Shown piece after piece: positions 56,701-64,000 of a DNA stretch of 64,000 nucleotides (within the stretch, counting starts at the first letter, position 1; the number at the start of each line of letters is the position of its first letter). This DNA is from the human T2T-CHM13v2.0 reference genome, Homo sapiens. The notes below the pieces were generated by a model that did no database searches, was not told where the DNA came from, and was given only the letters and a program-made list of their open reading frames with translations. The stretch lies in the NCBI RefSeq assembly GCF_009914755.1, contig NC_060940.1. One strand, given 5' to 3'. The position numbers and the translations under genes are program-made.

Positions 56701-59700
56701 TTCGATTCCATTCGATGGTGATTCAATTCTCTTATATTGGATGAATCCACTCGATTCCATTTGATGATTATTCCATTGGAGTCCACTTAGTGAATCCTTC
56801 AGATTCTACTCGAAGATGATTCCATTCCAGTCCATTCGATGATACCATTCAATTCCATTCGTTGATGCTTCCATTCAAGTGCATTCGATGATATCATTCG
56901 ATTCCATTTGATGATAATTCCATTTGATTCCATGCGATGATTCTATTCGATTCCATTCAATGATAATTCCATTCAGTTCAGTGATTCCTCTGGACTCCAT
57001 TTGATGATGATTCCATTCAATGATTCCATTCGATTCTATTCGAAAATGATTCCATTTGAATCCATTTGATGATGATTCCATTAGATTCCATTTGATGATT
57101 CCATTCGATTCCATGCGACGATGATTCCATTCGATTCCATTTGATGATTCCATTCTATTCTATTCGATGATGATTCCATTCGATTCCATTCGATGATGAT
57201 TGGATTTGATTCCATTTGATGATTTCATTTGATTCCATTCGTTAATGATTTCGATCAATTCCATTCGATGATTCCATTCGATTCCATTCGATAATGATTA
57301 CATCCGTGTCCATTCAATGATTCCATTTGAGCCTGTTCGATAATTCCATTTGATTCCAACCAATGATTCCATTCATTTCCATTCAATGATTCCATTCGAG
57401 TCCATTTGATCATTCCGGTAGGGTCCATTCGATGTTGATTCCATTGGAGTGCATTCGATGATTCCATTCGAGTCCATTTTAGGATTTGATTCGAGTCCTT
57501 TCGATGATTCCATTCGATTCCACTCGATGATGATTTCATTCGAGTCCATTCGACACTTCCAATCGATTCCATTTGATGTTTCCATTCGATTCCAATTGAT
57601 GATTCCATTCAATTCCATTCGATGATGATTCCGTACGATTCCATTCTGTGATGATTCCATGTGATTGCATTCAATGATGATTCCTTTCGATTGCATTCGA
57701 TTATGATTCATTTCGTGTTCATTCTATGGTTCCACAGGTTTCCATTCGATGATGTTTCCATTCGTGTCCATTCCATTATTCCTTTCTATTCCATTTGAAG
57801 ATGATTCCATTCGATTCCATTCATTGGTGATTCCACTCAATTCCATTCAATGATTCCATTCCATTTCTTTCAACAATGATTCCATTAGTTTCTATTCGAT
57901 GATCCACTTGATTCCATTTGACGATGATTCCATTCGTGTCCATTCGATGATTCCATTTGATTCCATATGATGATGATTCCATTCGATTCCATACGATGAT
58001 GATTCCATTCGAGTCCATTCAATGGTGATTCCATTCAATTCCATTCGATGATTCCTTTCGATTCCATTCAATGATGATGGCATTCGATTCCTTTCGATCA
58101 TTCCCTTTGATTCCATTCAAAGGTGATTTCATTCAAGTCCATTCGATAATTGCATTCGATTCCATTCTATGATGATTCCATTCGAGTCCATTCGATGATT
58201 CCATTCGAGTCCATTTAATGATTCCATTGGGTTCAATTCAATGATGATTACATTGGATTCCGTTCTATGATTCCATTCAATTCCGTTCATTGACAATTTG
58301 ATTCCATTCGATGATGATTCCATTTGAGTTCATTCGATGATTCTATTTGATTCTCTTCGATGGTGATTCAATTCTATTATATTGGATGATTCCATTCGAT
58401 TCCATTTGATGTTGATTCAATTCGATTCTATTCGATGATGATTCCATTGGATTTCACTTGATGATTCTATTCGATTCCATTCAATGATGATTCACTTCTC
58501 GTCCATTGGATGATTCCATTTCATTCCATTCGATGATGATTCCATTCGATTCCATTCGATGATTCCATTTGATTCCATGCGTCGGTGAGCAATTCGATTC
58601 AATTCCATGATGATTCTATTTGATTCAATTAGATGATGTTTCCATTCGAATCCATTCCATGATTATTCCATTGGAATCCATTCGGCGATGATTCCATATG
58701 AGTCAATTCAATGATGATTCCATATGGGTCCGTTCGATGATAATTCCATTTGATTTCATTCGGTGCTTCTATTCAATTCCAGTCGATGATGATTCCGTTG
58801 GAGTCCATACGATGATTCCATTTGATTTCATTTGATGATGATTCCATTCGATGATGATTACATTGGATTCCATTCTATGATTCCATTCAATTCCATTCGT
58901 TGATGATTCGATTCCATTCAATGATGATTCCATTTGAGTTCATTCGATGATTCTATTCGATTCCGTTCGATGGTGATTCAATTCTCTTATATTGGATGAA
59001 TCCACTCGATTCCATTTGATGATTATTCCATTGGAGTCCACTTAGTGAATCCTTCAGATTCTACTCGAAGATGATTCCATTCCAGTCCATTCGATGATAC
59101 CATTCAATTCCATTCGTTGATGCTTCCATTCAAGTGCATTCGATGATATCATTCGATTCCATTTGATGATAATTCCATTTGATTCCATGCGATGATTCTA
59201 TTCGATTCCATTCAATGATAATTCCATTCAGTTCAGTGATTCCTCTGGACTCCATTTGATGATGATTCCATTCAATGATTCCATTCGATTCTATTCGAAA
59301 ATGATTCCATTTGAATCCATTTGATGATGATTCCATTAGATTCCATTTGATGATTCCATTCGATTCCATGCGACGATGATTCCATTCGATTCCATTTGAT
59401 GATTCCATTCTATTCTATTCGATGATGATTCCATTCGATTCCATTCGATGATGATTGGATTTGATTCCATTTGATGATTTCATTTGATTCCATTCGTTAA
59501 TGATTTCGATCAATTCCATTCGATGATTCCATTCGATTCCATTCGATAATGATTACATCCGTGTCCATTCAATGATTCCATTTGAGCCTGTTCGATAATT
59601 CCATTTGATTCCAACCAATGATTCCATTCATTTCCATTCAATGATTCCATTCGAGTCCATTTGATCATTCCGGTAGGGTCCATTCGATGTTGATTCCATT

Positions 59701-61860
59701 GGAGTGCATTCGATGATTCCATTCGAGTCCATTTTAGGATTTGATTCGAGTCCTTTCGATGATTCCATTCGATTCCACTCGATGATGATTTCATTCGAGT
59801 CCATTCGACACTTCCAATCGATTCCATTTGATGTTTCCATTCGATTCCAATTGATGATTCCATTCAATTCCATTCGATGATGATTCCGTACGATTCCATT
59901 CTGTGATGATTCCATGTGATTGCATTCAATGATGATTCCTTTCGATTGCATTCGATTATGATTCATTTCGTGTTCATTCTATGGTTCCACAGGTTTCCAT
60001 TCGATGATGTTTCCATTCGTGTCCATTCCATTATTCCTTTCTATTCCATTTGAAGATGATTCCATTCGATTCCATTCATTGGTGATTCCACTCAATTCCA
60101 TTCAATGATTCCATTCCATTTCTTTCAACAATGATTCCATTAGTTTCTATTCGATGATCCACTTGATTCCATTTGACGATGATTCCATTCGTGTCCATTC
60201 GATGATTCCATTTGATTCCATATGATGATGATTCCATTCGATTCCATACGATGATGATTCCATTCGAGTCCATTCAATGGTGATTCCATTCAATTCCATT
60301 CGATGATTCCTTTCGATTCCATTCAATGATGATGGCATTCGATTCCTTTCGATCATTCCCTTTGATTCCATTCAAAGGTGATTTCATTCAAGTCCATTCG
60401 ATAATTGCATTCGATTCCATTCTATGATGATTCCATTCGAGTCCATTCGATGATTCCATTCGAGTCCATTTAATGATTCCATTGGGTTCAATTCAATGAT
60501 GATTACATTGGATTCCGTTCTATGATTCCATTCAATTCCGTTCATTGACAATTTGATTCCATTCGATGATGATTCCATTTGAGTTCATTCGATGATTCTA
60601 TTTGATTCTCTTCGATGGTGATTCAATTCTATTATATTGGATGATTCCATTCGATTCCATTTGATGTTGATTCAATTCGATTCTATTCGATGATGATTCC
60701 ATTGGATTTCACTTGATGATTCTATTCGATTCCATTCAATGATGATTCACTTCTCGTCCATTGGATGATTCCATTTCATTCCATTCGATGATGATTCCAT
60801 TCGATTCCATTTGATGATTCCATTTGATTCCATGTGTCGGTGAGCAATTCGATTCAATTCCATGATGATTCTATTTGATTCAATTAGATGATGTTTCCAT
60901 TCGAATCCATTCCATGATTATTCCATTGGAATCCATTCGGCGATGATTCCATATGAGTCAATTCAATGATGATTCCATATGGGTCCGTTCGATGATAATT
61001 CCATTTGATTTCATTCGGTGCTTCTATTCAATTCCAGTCGATGATGATTCCGTTGGAGTCCATACGATGATTCCATTTGATTTCATTTGATGATGATTCC
61101 ATTCGATGATGATTACATTGGATTCCAGTCTATGATTCCATTCAATTCCATTCGTTGATGATTCGATTCCATTCAATGATGATTCCATTTGAGTTCATTC
61201 GATGATTCTATTCGATTCCGTTCGATGGTGATTCAATTCTCTTATATTGGATGAATCCACTCGATTCCATTTGATGATTATTCCATTGGAGTCCACTTAG
61301 TGAATCCTTCAGATTCTACTCGAAGATGATTCCATTCCAGTCCATTCGATGATACCATTCAATTCCATTCGTTGATGCTTCCATTCAAGTGCATTCGATG
61401 ATATCATTCGATTCCATTTGATGATAATTCCATTTGATTCCATGCGATGATTCTATTCGATTCCATTCAATGATAATTCCATTCAGTTCAGTGATTCCTC
61501 TGGACTCCATTTGATGATGATTCCATTCAATGATTCCATTCGATTCTATTCGAAAATGATTCCATTTGAATCCATTTGATGATGATTCCATTAGATTCCA
61601 TTTGATGATTCCATTCGATTCCATGCGACGATGATTCCATTCGATTCCATTTGATGATTCCATTCTATTCTATTCGATGATGATTCCATTCGATTCCATT
61701 CGATGATGATTGGATTTGATTCCATTTGATGATTTCATTTGATTCCATTCGTTAATGATTTTGATCAATTCCATTCGATGATTCCATTCGATTCCATTCG
61801 ATAATGATTACATCCGTGTCCATTCAATGATTCCATTTGAGCCTGTTCGATAATTCCATT
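46894..61860 (+). repeat. Tandem array 2 of the 2,255-bp D repeat (~6.6 copies)
   Basis: ORF anchors 47855, 50110, 52365, 54620, 56875, 59130 and 61385 are spaced exactly 2255. Confidence 0.93.
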
Positions 61861-64000
61861 TGAGTCCAACCAATGATTCCATTCATTTCCATTCAATGAT
61901 TCCATTCGAGTCCATTTGACCATTCCGGTAGGGTCCATTCGATGTTGATTCCATTGGAGTGCATTCGATGATTCCATTCGAGTCCATTTTATGATTTGAT
62001 TCGAGTCCTTTCGATGATTCCATTCGATTCCACTCAATGATGATTTCATTCGAGTCCATTCGACACTTCCAATCGATTCCATTTGATGTTTCCATTCGAG
62101 TCCAATTGATGATTCCATTCAATTCCATTCGATGATGATTCCGTACGATTCCATTCTGTGATGATTCCATGTGATTGCATTCAATGATGATTCCTTTAGA
62201 TTGCATTCGATTGTGATTCATTTCGTCTTCATTCTATGGTTCCACAGGCTTCCATTCGATGACGTTTCCATTCGTGTCCATTCCATTATTCCATTCTATT
62301 TCATTTGATGATGATTCCATTCGATTCCATTCATTGGTGATTCCACTCAATTCCATTCAATGATTCCATTCCATTTCTTTCAACAATGATTCCATTAGTT
62401 TCTATTCGATGATCCACTTGATTCCATTTGGCGATGATTCCATTCGTGTCCATTCGATGATTCCATTTGATTCCATATGATGATGATTCCATTCGATTCC
62501 ATACCATGATGATTCCATTCGAGTCCATTCAATGGTGATTCCATTCAATTCCATTCGATGATTCCTTCCGATTCCATTCGATGATGATGGCATTCGATTC
62601 CTTTCAATCATTCCCTTTGATTCCATTCAAAGGTGATTTCATTCAAGTCCATTCGATAATTGCATTCGATTCCATTCTATGATGATTCCATTCGAGTCCA
62701 TTTGATGATTCCATTCAATTCAAGTCAATGATGATTCCATTCGATTCCACTCGATGATTCCATTGGATTCCATTCGATGATGATTCCATTCAAATCCATT
62801 CGATAATTCAATTCAAGTCCATTCGATGATGATTCCAATCGAATCCATTCAAAGATTCCATTCAATTCCATTTGATGATGATTCCCTTAGATTCCATTCG
62901 ATGATTCCACTTGATTCCATTTACGATGATTCCATTCGATTCCATGTGATGAATCCATTCAATTCTATTCAATGATGTTTCCATTTGATTCCATTGGATC
63001 ATGATTGCCTTTGATTCCATTCAATGATTCCATTCGGTTCCATTTGATGATGATTCCGTTCGATTCCATTTCATTATTCCATTTGATTCCATTGGATGAG
63101 TCCATTCGATTACATTCGATGATTATTCCATTCGAGTGCATTAGATGATTGCATTCGAGTCCATTCGATGATTCCATTCGATTCCATTCGATGTTGATTC
63201 TGTTCAAATCCATTCGATGATTCCACTCGATTCCATTCGATGACTCCATTTGATCCCATTCGATGATTTCCTGTGATTCCCTTTGATGATCATTCTATTT
63301 GATTCAATTCGGTGATTTCATTTCATTCCATTCAGTGATGTTTCCATTCGACTGTATTCGATGATGATTCCATTCGACTCCATTCGATTATGATTTCATT
63401 CAATTCCATTCAATAATGATTCCCTTCGAGTCCATTCGATGATTCCATTCGATTCCATTCAACGATGATTTGATTCGTTTCCATTCGATGATTCCATTTG
63501 ATTCCACTTGATGATGATTCCATTCGAGTCCATTTGATGATTCCATTCGAGTCTATTTATGTATTATATTCGTGTCCACTTCATGATTCCATTCAATTCC
63601 ATTTAATGTTGATTCCATTTGATTCCATTTGATGATTCAGTTCGATTCCTTGCAATGATTCCCTTCGATTCCTTTCTATGATGATTCCATTCGATTCCAT
63701 TCATTGATGATTTCATTCGACTCCATTCGATGATGATTCCTTTCGATTCCATTTGACGATGTTTCCATTCGAGTCCATTCGATGATGATTCTATTCAATT
63801 CTTTTCTATTATGATTCCATTCGATTTCATTCAATGCTTCTATTTGATTCCATTCGATGATGATTCCATCTCTTTCCCTTCGATGATTCCATTTGATTCC
63901 ATTCAGTGATGATTCCATTTGATTCCATCTGATGATGATTTCACTTGATTCCTTTCAATGATGATTCAATTCAAGTCCATTCGATGATTCCATTGGAGTC
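61254..64000 (+). repeat. Chimeric D/A-like macro-unit, truncated by the window end
   Basis: D alleles run to ~61830, then A/C-type alleles appear (gagtccaac, ttttatgatt, tttggcgatg). The A-specific 'gtctatttatgtattatatt' occurs at ~63551. Confidence 0.85.

Larger units (their letters stand above)
1..64000 (+). repeat. Human satellite II (HSat2/HSATII) pericentromeric array, CATTC strand on +
   Basis: Continuous diverged (ATTCCATTCG)2+(ATG)1-2 pattern, e.g. 'gatgatgattccattcgattccattcgatgattcc'. Frequent CATTCGATTC, GATGAT and GAGTCC variants are diagnostic of HSat2 rather than (CATTC)n HSat3. No interruption or strand switch seen. Confidence 0.98.

Noticed and set aside
24635-61860. CRISPR-like or other repeat-spacer system
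   Set aside because: There are no unique spacers between conserved repeats, no leader and no cas-like ORF. Everything is tandem satellite.
132-63918. The many short minus-strand ORFs (MESSNGIEWNH...-type peptides, 60-164 aa)
   Set aside because: They are translations of the GAATGGAATCATC strand, which is rich in ATG and poor in stops, while the + strand is full of TGA. They overlap in several frames, are low-complexity, gain and lose stops between copies, and show no recognisable domain. Used only as positional anchors.
1-64000. HSat3 (satellite III) or alpha satellite assignment
   Set aside because: Pure (CATTC)n runs are short and rare, CATTCGATTC/GATGAT dominate, and no 171-bp monomer is present.
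1-64000. Transposon (Alu/L1/LTR) insertions or array inversions
   Set aside because: No poly-A tails, GC-rich segments or GAATG-strand blocks were seen on reading through. AT-rich oddities such as ~2300 are diverged satellite repeated in each A unit.
1-64000. TEAD/MCAT (CATTCC) motifs and short palindromes (TCGA) as regulatory sites
   Set aside because: They are inevitable by-products of the repeat consensus, and no positional structure supports specific sites.

Overview
The whole 64 kb window is one uninterrupted, single-orientation array of human satellite II (HSat2/HSATII), with the CATTC strand on +. It is built from diverged ATTCCATTCG decamers plus one or two ATG triplets, giving 23/26-bp subunits. 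I see no genes, transposon insertions, RNA genes or inversions, and the listed ORFs are translation artefacts of the repeat. What is notable is the nested architecture. The landmark 'a(t/a)tccactcgattccatttgatgattattccattgg' starts units at 1, 4131, 9971, 16132, 20262, 25465, 27720, 29975, 32230, 38391, 42521, 47724, 49979, 52234, 54489, 56744, 58999 and 61254. The order is A(4130) B(5840) C(6161) A(4130) B'(5203) D D D (2255 each) D/C(6161) A B' D D D D D D D/A(truncated). Superimposed on this are a ~16.1-kb A-B-C period, a near-identical 22,259-bp tandem duplication, a young 2,255-bp repeat with a 24-bp microhomology junction, and an incipient 4,510-bp dimer. The 2,255-bp unit keeps a perfect DUX4 consensus site, so its expansion concentrates these sites. 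The ~6.1-kb period suggests the HSat2B type of 16q11.2, which is an inference. I found no evidence for a new protein-coding system. All comparisons were done by eye and from ORF-track offsets, not by computed alignment.
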